From a virus (lineage: Duplodnaviria > Caudoviricetes), in IMG/VR virus record IMGVR_UViG_3300032320_002249, positions 1 through 64,000 of that record: a stretch of 64,000 nucleotides of DNA; one strand, written 5' to 3'. Below the pieces are notes generated by a model. The model saw only the letters and a program-made list of their open reading frames with translations, was not told where the DNA came from and made no database searches. Positions 45,855 through 54,171 of this stretch are shown piece after piece (the stretch's first letter is position 1; each line of letters begins with the position of its first letter). The translations under genes were made by a program, and so were the position numbers.

Positions 45855-46289
45855 ATGCGTATCCACACCACCAGCAACTATCTCAACCACTGCAAGTTGC
45901 AGATGGATTCCATCTTCCGGTCGGCAATACATCACATGCCGACTGCTATTGAACTCCGCGAAGAGTTCAATAAAGTGTATTCGTCGGATCAGTTCACTCG
46001 GATGCCTGATTGGGCTAAGAGTTCTGTGAGACAGCATCACAAACAAATCCTGCAAAGGATCTACCGGGAGCACACAATGCAGCTTTATGTTCTCCCGAAC
46101 GGTGATAAAGTTATCACTCAAGGGGCCTGGGATTCGTTTCCCGAAGAGGTGAGAGAATCTGCCCGGACTGGTGGTAAGTTGCCTCTCAAGTTCTTTTGGT
46201 GTGAAATAAAAGAAACCTGCACCCAGAATGGTGTAGTCACCCGTACTTCGACTCCCACCGATAAAGTCTATTATGAATCGGTGGAATGA
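45855..46289 (+). CDS. Hypothetical protein
   Basis: AGGGAGG SD before the ATG at 45855. Confidence 0.7.
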   Translation: MRIHTTSNYLNHCKLQMDSIFRSAIHHMPTAIELREEFNKVYSSDQFTRMPDWAKSSVRQHHKQILQRIYREHTMQLYVLPNGDKVITQGAWDSFPEEVRESARTGGKLPLKFFWCEIKETCTQNGVVTRTSTPTDKVYYESVE

Positions 46290-46458
46290 GTAGACCGAGG
46301 CCCCTTAATCTAGGGGCCTTTTCTTTATAGAATCTCGAAGAGATACTATCAGATAATCTTATAGGTCTCAATCATCTCATAAGAAATCTCAATCAATCAA
46401 CACTTGACAATCTCTCAATTCTCAATTATTCTAAGATAGTCAACAAAGGGGTTTCCTA

Positions 46459-46713
46459 ATGTTTCAGCTTCGATTCTATTGTTTGGATCCTGACGGAACA
46501 CTTGACTATGTTGTAGATGGTGAATACATTGCCATAGAACATGCACAATACCGGGTAGAACATTCTGGAAGTATGTGGTACTTCTATCCGTTCCCGGTTG
46601 TCTTTGTTGATGGCAAGTTTCACTCTGTTCTTTATACTCCATCGGAGGCATCTTGTGTTAACCTTATGTCTGACGGTTTGTCTATCAAGAATCGTTTGGA
46701 GGCTCTTAGATAA
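46459..46713 (+). CDS. Hypothetical protein
   Basis: WYFYPF motif; cassette gene. Confidence 0.65.
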   Translation: MFQLRFYCLDPDGTLDYVVDGEYIAIEHAQYRVEHSGSMWYFYPFPVVFVDGKFHSVLYTPSEASCVNLMSDGLSIKNRLEALR

Positions 46714-46793
46714 GCAACACTGATCGTTCTGGGGGTTGACCTGATCCGGTTGATCCCCTATTCTAAGAAAGTCAATCAAAGGGAGGTTCCCTA

Positions 46794-46919
46794 ATGTCGT
46801 TTCCGTTTCTTGATGATAAGCAAGTCGAAGAATTGGAGCAATTCGGTATGGTTGAATGGACTGAAGAACTACAGGAAAGGATCAAAGATCACTACAAGAT
46901 TGTGGAAGAGAAAGAATAA
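46794..46919 (+). CDS. Small acidic peptide (41 aa)
   Basis: Strong SD followed by a terminator. Confidence 0.55.
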   Translation: MSFPFLDDKQVEELEQFGMVEWTEELQERIKDHYKIVEEKE

Positions 46920-47088
46920 TCAACTGCCCCCCCAATCTAGGGGGCTTTCTTTATAGAATCTCGAAGAGATCCTATCAGATAATCTTATGAGTCTTCATTC
47001 ATCTCATAAGAAATCTCAATCAATCAACACTTGACAGGATCTCAACGATCCCCTATTCTGTAGAAGTCAAGCAAAGGGAGGTTCCCTG

Positions 47089-47298
47089 ATGTCTGCTCAA
47101 GGTCATGCAACAGCTGGAGACTTTAGCAGCTGGCAAGCACAAGCTAAGCAAATGACAGCAGCACAGCTACACTGGACGATCGAAGATTGCCGAAAGGCAA
47201 TGTGTGCCATGAGTGGCTGGAATCCGGTGAGGGAAGGATACTATAAAGACCAAATGCTAACCTATGCAGACGAGGCAAGACGCCGCAGGTCAGTATAA
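47089..47298 (+). CDS. Hypothetical protein
   Basis: GYYxDQxxTY motif; cassette gene. Confidence 0.65.
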   Translation: MSAQGHATAGDFSSWQAQAKQMTAAQLHWTIEDCRKAMCAMSGWNPVREGYYKDQMLTYADEARRRRSV

Positions 47299-47438
47299 GA
47301 AACGGCCCCCAACTCTGGGGCCTTTCTTTATACTTTGGGATTCTCAGGAAGTCTTAAGGTTTCAGGTCTCGCACCGGGCCTCCCGGTGCCCTATACTGTG
47401 GAGGTCCCCACCGCCCCGGCAGGTTGCCGGGTAACACC

Positions 47439-48041
47439 ATGGCCCAGACCTTCACCGTCACCAGCCGCCGCGATGGCACCACCAGCTTTGATTCCGACCT
47501 GAGCGACGCTCAGGTTCAGGCGGCACTTGCGGCCGTGCGCGGCGACTTCGCCGCTTCCCTGCTGCGGCAGTGGGGCCGCCTGAGCACGGCTCAGCTGGCG
47601 TGGGCTCACAAGCTGGCGTTGCAGGTCACGGCGCCGGCTGCTGCGCCGGCTGGCGATTCTCAGCTGGCGGGGCTGTTCGCTCCGTTCGATCATGCCCGCC
47701 AGGGTGGCAGGAAGCGTCTGGCGATTCGGACGCCAGACGCTATCCTAAAGCCCAGTAAGTGCGGGGATTATCTGTACGTCTCAGATCCAAACAATACCGA
47801 GCCCGGTTATTACGGGTCGCAGCCCCGATACCTTGGCAAGGTGAGCCGCCAGGGTGTAACGAACTGCTCTGCAGAGGTTGCAGATAACCTTCGCCTGATT
47901 GCAGCAGACCCGCTATCGGCGGCGGTGGCCTACGGTAGGCTCACAGGATCCTGCAGCATCTGCGCTAGAACGTTGACCGATCCGGTCAGTATTGAGAGGG
48001 GGATCGGTCCCATCTGCGCTGATAATTATGGGTTGCTTTGA
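47439..48041 (+). CDS. DUF6011-like zinc-finger protein
   Basis: C-terminal GxCxxCxRxLTDPxSIERGIGPxC. Confidence 0.8.
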   Translation: MAQTFTVTSRRDGTTSFDSDLSDAQVQAALAAVRGDFAASLLRQWGRLSTAQLAWAHKLALQVTAPAAAPAGDSQLAGLFAPFDHARQGGRKRLAIRTPDAILKPSKCGDYLYVSDPNNTEPGYYGSQPRYLGKVSRQGVTNCSAEVADNLRLIAADPLSAAVAYGRLTGSCSICARTLTDPVSIERGIGPICADNYGLL

Positions 48042-48185
48042 GTAGCCTATCGGCCCCCAATCCGGGGGCCTTTCTTTATGTTTTCGCCCCTGCTGGCAGG
48101 ATTCTCACCATCTTTTAAGGTTTCGGGGCTGGCAAGCCCCCCCCCGTGCCTTATACTGTATAAGTCAACCAACGGGACACCCCCC

Positions 48186-48527
48186 ATGGCTCGCAAGATC
48201 ATCCCCACCGCTCCCCAGGCCGTCGCTGACGCGGCAGAGGCTTACCGCGTCGCGCTGGAAGTGTTTGACGCGGCAGAGGCCGCGAAGGTTGCCGCTGCTG
48301 CAGCCCTGCTGCAGGCTATGCAGGCTGCAGCCCTGACTAGCGCCCGTGCCGAGGCCGGCACGGTTTCGGTTATCCCTGGTCGCACAAGTATTAAGATCGT
48401 TGATGATGCTTTGGAAGCTGAAATCGAGGCCAAGAAAGCAAGAATCGCGGCAATTATTGTCGCCGCAGTAAAGAAAGGGAAGGCGAAAGAATCGCAGGGT
48501 TCGCCCTACGTTAAGATGAACCGCTGA
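48186..48527 (+). CDS. Ala-rich helical hypothetical protein
   Basis: Start trimmed past the TATACT promoter; GC-rich. Confidence 0.65.
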   Translation: MARKIIPTAPQAVADAAEAYRVALEVFDAAEAAKVAAAAALLQAMQAAALTSARAEAGTVSVIPGRTSIKIVDDALEAEIEAKKARIAAIIVAAVKKGKAKESQGSPYVKMNR

Positions 48528-48559
48528 ACATAACCGGGGGAGGGCAATCCTCCCCTATT

Positions 48560-48671
48560 CTTATACCTATCAAGATCGCTGATAGGTATAAGGCAGACCC
48601 ATCAGCGATGCTGATCGATCAGCAATGCTGATCTGTCAGTGTCTGACAGATAAGCGGCCCTTATGGGCCGC
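48560..48671. repeat. Cluster of perfect inverted repeats
   Basis: 13-7-13 IR at 48560-48592; GCTGATCGATCAGC at 48610-48623; 9-3-9 IR at 48631-48651; 7-4-7 IR at 48654-48671. Confidence 0.9.
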
Positions 48672-48920
48672 GCCCTGCGGGGCCATGCCCATATAAAAAC
48701 TAAAGGGTCCTCCTAAGCTATATGCGGACCAGAGCGAGCTTTAAATATAACGAATAATAAAAAAATTTTTCAAGAACAAAATATATAAAAACCAATGGAT
48801 CCCCCAAGATATAAAAGTAAATATTGACTGTATAATATAAATCAAAACAAAAATTTCCCCAGGTAAAAAATTTCCCCCAGGATTCGCATATATAATACGA
48901 AATTTACCATTAACCAGATA

Positions 48921-49094
48921 ATGAAAAAAAAGAATAGATTTACCTCTACCTTGCAATCCGACCCGATTTCTGGTGAAATTTTTATTGCCATACCAGAAAA
49001 AATTCTAAATGATTTGGAGTGGTATGAGGACACCGAGATAGAAATAGAAATAGAAGCAGGCGATCTAATTATAAAAGAAAGCAAAAATGGATGA
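48921..49094 (+). CDS. AbrB/MazE-like small protein (57 aa, not in ORF track)
   Basis: IxIPExIxxxLxW.....IEIExxxGxLII swapped-hairpin pattern. Confidence 0.55.
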   Translation: MKKKNRFTSTLQSDPISGEIFIAIPEKILNDLEWYEDTEIEIEIEAGDLIIKESKNG

Positions 49095-49299
49095 GAAAGA
49101 AAAAATTTATCACATTTATCTAAGAAATAAATGTATATTTTTCAACCTTAGTAGAGATCAATTTAAACACATATGGGAATCCTATAAAAGACTTCTTAAA
49201 ATAAATCCCAGGCCCTTTGAGGATAGTGATTTAACCTATGAAGAGATTCCATTTGACAAAACTGACCTCTATACATATTATAGTACAGGAAACATTTGA
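49087..49299 (+). CDS. Cyanophage-type hypothetical protein
   Basis: YHIY....CI...L...F motif. Confidence 0.65.
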   Translation: MDEKEKIYHIYLRNKCIFFNLSRDQFKHIWESYKRLLKINPRPFEDSDLTYEEIPFDKTDLYTYYSTGNI

Positions 49300-49308
49300 A
49301 TTAAATTT

Positions 49309-50199
49309 ATGGCTAAAGGATTTACTGTTAAAACAGCTGAACAACCTGCTCCAAAATTAGAGTGGGACTATGAAAGTATTAAAAAAAGAATGCGTGGTAA
49401 GGTAATTGTATTCTGTTTACCAGGAAGAGGATGTTCATATACTTTTATGAAGGCATTTGTACAATTATGCTTTGACCTTGTGAATAATCAGATGGGATTT
49501 GTTATTTCCCAGGATTATTCATCAATGGTCAATTTTGCTCGTTGTAAGTGTCTAGGGGCTAATGTTCTCAATGGACCGGATCAACTACCTTTCGATGGTA
49601 AAATAAACTATGACTATCAAATGTGGATTGATAGTGACATTGTATTCAATACCGAAAAATTCTGGCAACTATGCGACCTTGCAATTCCAGAAGATGCAGT
49701 TACATATGAACAAAAGCCTCATCTGAATGAGAATGGTGAACAACTCTATACCACTGATCAAAATGGAAACACTGTTCCTGCGATTCAACTCATTCAGCAC
49801 ATTGACAATACAAAGACCAATCCTATTGCATCTGGATGGTATTGTACTGAGGATGGTATGACAACCTCATGTGCTCATTGGAGAACCGAGGAAGAATTTA
49901 GAAAGAACAGGGGTGTTATGAATCATGAGACCCTTGAATCAATTGAAAAGAGAAGAAAGCCCTTTTCGGTTGATTATGTTGGATTTGGTTGGGTTTTGAT
50001 TCAGAAGGGTGTTTTTGAGCATCCAGAGATGAAATACCCCTGGTTTGCACCCCAGATGCAGGTATTTGAAAGTGGTGAAGTTCAGGATATGTGTGGAGAA
50101 GATGTTTCATTCTGTCTTGAGGCTAAGAAGAAATGTGGATTCGATATTCTTGTCGATCCTAGAATTAGAGTTGGACACGAAAAGACCAGAATCATCTGA
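49309..50199 (+). CDS. Glycosyltransferase family A-like cyanophage protein
   Basis: WIDSDIVF (DxD), GFGWVLI, GEDVSFC, VGH. Confidence 0.75.
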   Translation: MAKGFTVKTAEQPAPKLEWDYESIKKRMRGKVIVFCLPGRGCSYTFMKAFVQLCFDLVNNQMGFVISQDYSSMVNFARCKCLGANVLNGPDQLPFDGKINYDYQMWIDSDIVFNTEKFWQLCDLAIPEDAVTYEQKPHLNENGEQLYTTDQNGNTVPAIQLIQHIDNTKTNPIASGWYCTEDGMTTSCAHWRTEEEFRKNRGVMNHETLESIEKRRKPFSVDYVGFGWVLIQKGVFEHPEMKYPWFAPQMQVFESGEVQDMCGEDVSFCLEAKKKCGFDILVDPRIRVGHEKTRII

Positions 50200-50393
50200 T
50201 GGCCTATACAATACTCTATGAGAACCAGACCCTTGCTTCTAACCTATCTAAAGACGAGTGCTTTGATAGGTTAGAAGACCTGGCCCAGGAATACTATAAG
50301 GATAAGAAATGGGATCCTTCTAAAATTGGGGTTAGGTGGACACCTGATGAACTGTCCACAGATGGGGGTCCGGTCCCTGACCAGGGATTATAA
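50199..50393 (+). CDS. Cyanophage-type hypothetical protein
   Basis: TGATG overlap; acidic. Confidence 0.6.
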   Translation: MAYTILYENQTLASNLSKDECFDRLEDLAQEYYKDKKWDPSKIGVRWTPDELSTDGGPVPDQGL

Positions 50394-50422
50394 TGATCAG
50401 GTAAACATTGAGATTACTCATC

Positions 50423-50566
50423 ATGGCAGGTCGCAAATCTTTCACCGCTAAGGTTGAAATTGTTTCTATTCCTAAAAAGTCCCGTCAGGGTCTTGGCAAG
50501 CACACTCATTATGGGTCTACTTCCCGTAATGGTCGTAAGAAAAAATATCGCGGACAAGGACACTAA
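50423..50566 (+). CDS. Small basic cyanophage-type peptide (47 aa)
   Basis: PKKSRQGxGxH...SRNxxxKxYRGQG motif; manual translation. Confidence 0.7.
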   Translation: MAGRKSFTAKVEIVSIPKKSRQGLGKHTHYGSTSRNGRKKKYRGQGH

Positions 50567-51163
50567 ATGAATCTATCGGTATCAGCAGAATTTCACGGAA
50601 TACATCCAGAGGACTTATTCATTTATAATAAGCTCCAACTATCATGTCTACTGGAGTATAACTGTGGTCCTGCTGGTGCCGAGGTTCCTAGTCCTGGTCA
50701 CTACATAATAAGACCCGCAATTAATTTTCTTGGAATGGGAAGATATTCTAGGATAGATTATCTAGAAAAAAGCACCGAACATCTTCATCCAGGTGAGTTT
50801 TGGTGTGAGATCTTTACAGGAGATCATTTATCAATAGATTATCAAAACAAAATTCCAGCATTGTCTGTCCTTGGTCACAGAGATCCCCAATCACCACTCT
50901 ACAAGTGGTCTAAATGGGAAAAAACAGACAAAACAATCGAATTTCCAAAAATTCTAAACAATCTCAAGGGCAACTATGAGTGGATAAATTGCGAATTTAT
51001 AGGAAATAACCTGATTGAGGTTCACTGTAGACAAAATCCCGATTTTCGCTATGGAAATAATACTGCAATTCCTAGTTGGGGCGATGAGAACCTAGAAATA
51101 AATCAGGGTTACAAGTTCGTTAGGGATCCAGACTACCTGAGAGAAGGATTCTGGATTAAATAA
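50567..51163 (+). CDS. Phage hypothetical protein, possibly ATP-grasp-like
   Basis: YIIRPxxNxxGMG, FWCE, H.S.DY, INxEFI, IEVH pattern. Confidence 0.6.
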   Translation: MNLSVSAEFHGIHPEDLFIYNKLQLSCLLEYNCGPAGAEVPSPGHYIIRPAINFLGMGRYSRIDYLEKSTEHLHPGEFWCEIFTGDHLSIDYQNKIPALSVLGHRDPQSPLYKWSKWEKTDKTIEFPKILNNLKGNYEWINCEFIGNNLIEVHCRQNPDFRYGNNTAIPSWGDENLEINQGYKFVRDPDYLREGFWIK

Positions 51164-51190
51164 ATATAATGTTATCGGAGATTTTATGAA

Positions 51191-51532
51191 TTGGAAAACT
51201 TTTCAATGGGGCGACACCTTCTTCTAGAGGTGTACGGAGTAGAATTTAATTTACTTAATGAAGAATTACCTCTTATCAATGTCATAACCAGGGCAATTAT
51301 AAGAGCAAATATGACAATCCTAAACATATATTGTCATAAATTTAACCCACAGGGTCTTACTATTGTAATAGCACTTTCGGAAAGTCATTTTTCATGCCAC
51401 ACCTGGCCAGAAAAAGGAACCATTGCCGTTGATGCCTATACTTGCGGGGAGGGCCAACCAGAATTAATCATTGAGGACCTTTTAAACTACTTTAAGTCTA
51501 AACAATATAATATAAGGGAAATTTCTCGATAA
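51191..51532 (+). CDS. speD: S-adenosylmethionine decarboxylase proenzyme
   Basis: GRHLLLE, LSE|SH self-cleavage site, HTWPE, DxYTCG. Confidence 0.92.
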   Translation: MENFSMGRHLLLEVYGVEFNLLNEELPLINVITRAIIRANMTILNIYCHKFNPQGLTIVIALSESHFSCHTWPEKGTIAVDAYTCGEGQPELIIEDLLNYFKSKQYNIREISR

Positions 51533-51598
51533 CATACCGTGTGCGATAGAACCGCACAAAAATAAAAGTTCTGTTTTTTAACTAAAACAGGAGACACA

Positions 51599-51793
51599 AT
51601 GGCTAAATCACCCGTAGATAGAGATAGGGACTTCATGTATCAAAACTGGGGAACTACCCGTCTTGTTACAGACTATGTTCCAGAACAACCAAAAAAGAAA
51701 CAAATCATCCAGGAAATCATGCATGATGACCTAGAAGACAAGGAAATGCTTAGAGAAGATTGGAATTACGGTATCGAACCTTCTTATAAGTAA
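51599..51793 (+). CDS. Cyanophage-type hypothetical protein
   Basis: MAxSPVDR...WGTxxLVTDY motif; AGGAG RBS. Confidence 0.7.
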   Translation: MAKSPVDRDRDFMYQNWGTTRLVTDYVPEQPKKKQIIQEIMHDDLEDKEMLREDWNYGIEPSYK

Positions 51794-51809
51794 ATAAAAT
51801 ACTCTATCT

Positions 51810-51843
51810 GCCCCTTACCAGGGGCTTTTTTGTATCATAAATA
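51810..51843 (+). terminator. Terminator followed by a late promoter
   Basis: GCCCC-ttacca-GGGGC-T6 at 51810-51831; ATAAATA at 51837-51843. Confidence 0.7.
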
Positions 51844-51864
51844 AGTTGAGATATACATATATTA

Positions 51865-52266
51865 ATGTCAGTAACTAGAATATCTCGTTCATTCAAAGAT
51901 ATAAGCCTTTCCTTTGTTCCTCATCCAGTAACAAAGGACATTGGTGTATTGAGGAATGAGAATGCTATTATGAGATCCGTTAGAAATATTATAGAAACAT
52001 CCTTTACTGAGAGATTTTTTAATAGTATTTTTGGTTCTGCAGTAAAGTCAACAATTTTTGAAAATGCAGATGTTGACAATGCTAATGCCCTAGAAAGTCA
52101 AATTTATTATGCAATAAGAAACTATGAGCCAAGGGTTACCAACATTAATGTTTTTGTAAATCCTGAGCCAGATCGAAATGCATATGACATAACTATAAAT
52201 TATGAAATAGTCGGACAGGACTTACCGTTTCAACAATTTACATTTATATTAGAGGCCACAAGGTAA
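51865..52266 (+). CDS. gp25: Baseplate wedge subunit gp25
   Basis: FKDI..SF..HP, SVRNI..T...ERFF...FGS, NYEPRV. Confidence 0.92.
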   Translation: MSVTRISRSFKDISLSFVPHPVTKDIGVLRNENAIMRSVRNIIETSFTERFFNSIFGSAVKSTIFENADVDNANALESQIYYAIRNYEPRVTNINVFVNPEPDRNAYDITINYEIVGQDLPFQQFTFILEATR

Positions 52267-52267
52267 C

Positions 52268-54169
52268 ATGCCTTTTACTAAATTCACTAATCTAGACTTT
52301 GATCAGATAAAAACCTCCATAAAAGATTATCTCAGAGCAAATTCCACCTTTACGGATTTTGACTTTGAGGGATCTAATTTTTCTGTACTGATCGATACCC
52401 TTGCCTATAATACCTACATAACAGCATTTAACTCTAACATGATAGTTAATGAGTCCTTTTTGGACTCGGCAACCCTAAGAGAGAATGTTGTTTCCCTTGC
52501 AAGGCAAATTGGATATGTTCCAAGATCCAGAACCGCAGCAAAGGCAAATGTGAGCTTTAATATAGAAACCAACTCATCCGCAAAGTATTTGACCCTAAAA
52601 GCCGGTCTGGTTTGTGTTGGTCAGAATGATAACTCGGCATATATGTTCTCTGCAATAGAAAACATAACTGCCCCAGTAAATCAGGAAACTAATATTGCCC
52701 AATTTACAAATATTGAATTATATCAGGGAACCCTTTTAAAGAAACAATTTGTTGTAAATGGTTCCATAGATCAAAGATTTATTTTAGAAAACCCACACAT
52801 AGATGCCTCTACTATTATAGTAAAAGTAAAGGAATCCGCAGATCCTGCAGAAGGTATTGAATATCAAAAAATAGATAATATTCTCAACATAAATTCCACT
52901 TCCAGAACATATTTGATTCAGGAAATAAAGGATGAAAAGTATGAAATAATTTTTGGGGATGGGTACTTTGGTAAGAAATTAGAAAACGGGGCTATCATCA
53001 CCGTAACCTATCTTATTACAGATGGAGAAGATGGTAACGGGGCGGCTAATTTTACATATATTGGAAGTCTAGAGAATAATATAGTCCCAACAAGTCCTAT
53101 AACAATCACAACAAATCAATCAGCAATGAATGGTGGTGAAATTGAATCAATTGATTCTGTTAAGTACTTTGCCCCAAGATTGTATTCTTCTCAATATAGG
53201 GCCGTTACCACTAGGGACTATGAGGCAGTAATACAACAAATCTACCCAAACACCGAATCGGTTTCCGTATTTGGAGGAGAAGAATTATCTCCACCTGAGT
53301 ATGGAACCGTACTTATAAGCATCAAACCAAAGAACGGAACCTTTGTCTCAGAGTTTGATAAGCAACAAATTCTTTCAAAACTAAAAAATTATTCCATAAC
53401 TGGTATCAATAAGAAAATTGTTGATCTCAAAATTCTTTATGTTGAATTAGATTCTTCCGTTTATTATAATTCTAGTAAGGTCTCGAATGAGAATGATCTA
53501 AAGACCCAGGTTATTAACTCATTGAATCTATATTCCTCTTCATTAAATATTAATAAATTTGGCGGTAGATTTAAATATAGTAAGGTATTACAAATTATTG
53601 ATAATGTAGATGATGGAATCACATCTAATATAACAAAAGTAAGGATGAGAAGAGATCTTCTTGCCCTATTGAACACTTCTGCCCAATATGAGATTTGTTT
53701 TGGCAATGAATTCCACTTTAAGGCAGCAGGATATAATATAAAAAGCACTGGATTTACAATTCAAAATAGTACAGAACTAGTATATTTGACTGATACCCCT
53801 GATAAGGATTCTAGTGGAAACTTACTAGGAAATAAAATGGGAACCATATCAATAGTTACCCCAGTATCGGGAACCTCAGATGTTAGGGTTCTAATAAAAT
53901 CGGCAGGTAGAGTTGACTATGCTTCTGGTGAGGTTACCTTAAATACTATTTCTATAACATCTACAGAACTTCCTAATAATATTATAGAAATACAAGCATA
54001 TCCAGAATCTAATGATGTGATAGGTCTCAAGGATCTTTATTTAAGCTTTGACATCTCAAAGAGCACTATAAATATGGTTAAAGATACTATTTCATCTGGA
54101 GAACAGATTTCTGGAGTTGGCTATCTAACAACTTCAAGTTATTCAAATGGTAAATTAAAGAGAGGATAA
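52268..54169 (+). CDS. gp6: Baseplate wedge subunit gp6
   Basis: LDFDQIK, DFDFEGSN, ESFLDSATLRENVVSLA, RAVTxxDYE, GxVxISIKP. Confidence 0.95.
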   Translation: MPFTKFTNLDFDQIKTSIKDYLRANSTFTDFDFEGSNFSVLIDTLAYNTYITAFNSNMIVNESFLDSATLRENVVSLARQIGYVPRSRTAAKANVSFNIETNSSAKYLTLKAGLVCVGQNDNSAYMFSAIENITAPVNQETNIAQFTNIELYQGTLLKKQFVVNGSIDQRFILENPHIDASTIIVKVKESADPAEGIEYQKIDNILNINSTSRTYLIQEIKDEKYEIIFGDGYFGKKLENGAIITVTYLITDGEDGNGAANFTYIGSLENNIVPTSPITITTNQSAMNGGEIESIDSVKYFAPRLYSSQYRAVTTRDYEAVIQQIYPNTESVSVFGGEELSPPEYGTVLISIKPKNGTFVSEFDKQQILSKLKNYSITGINKKIVDLKILYVELDSSVYYNSSKVSNENDLKTQVINSLNLYSSSLNINKFGGRFKYSKVLQIIDNVDDGITSNITKVRMRRDLLALLNTSAQYEICFGNEFHFKAAGYNIKSTGFTIQNSTELVYLTDTPDKDSSGNLLGNKMGTISIVTPVSGTSDVRVLIKSAGRVDYASGEVTLNTISITSTELPNNIIEIQAYPESNDVIGLKDLYLSFDISKSTINMVKDTISSGEQISGVGYLTTSSYSNGKLKRG

Positions 54170-54171
54170 AA

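Larger units (their letters stand above)
44946..47036 (+). repeat. Triplicated ~113-bp terminator-spacer-promoter block
   Basis: Copies at 44946-45058, 46296-46409 and 46926-47036 share GCCCC..AATCTAGGGG hairpin, AATCTCGAAGAGAT, ATCTCATAAGAA, AATCAATCAACACTTGACA. Confidence 0.9.
43354..47090 (+). promoter_or_regulatory. Repeated sigma70 promoter + RBS modules
   Basis: ATAAGCAAC(A/G)CT...TTGAC(A/T/C)-N17-TATTCT...GTCAA...AAGGGAGG at 43354, 44493, 45376, 46710; related TTGACA promoters near 45053, 46404, 47031. Confidence 0.85.

Noticed and set aside
37101-47090. Regularly recurring 50-80 bp repeats resembling a CRISPR array
   Set aside because: The intervening sequences are whole genes of 150-900 bp, the repeats contain promoters and RBSs, and no cas genes are present
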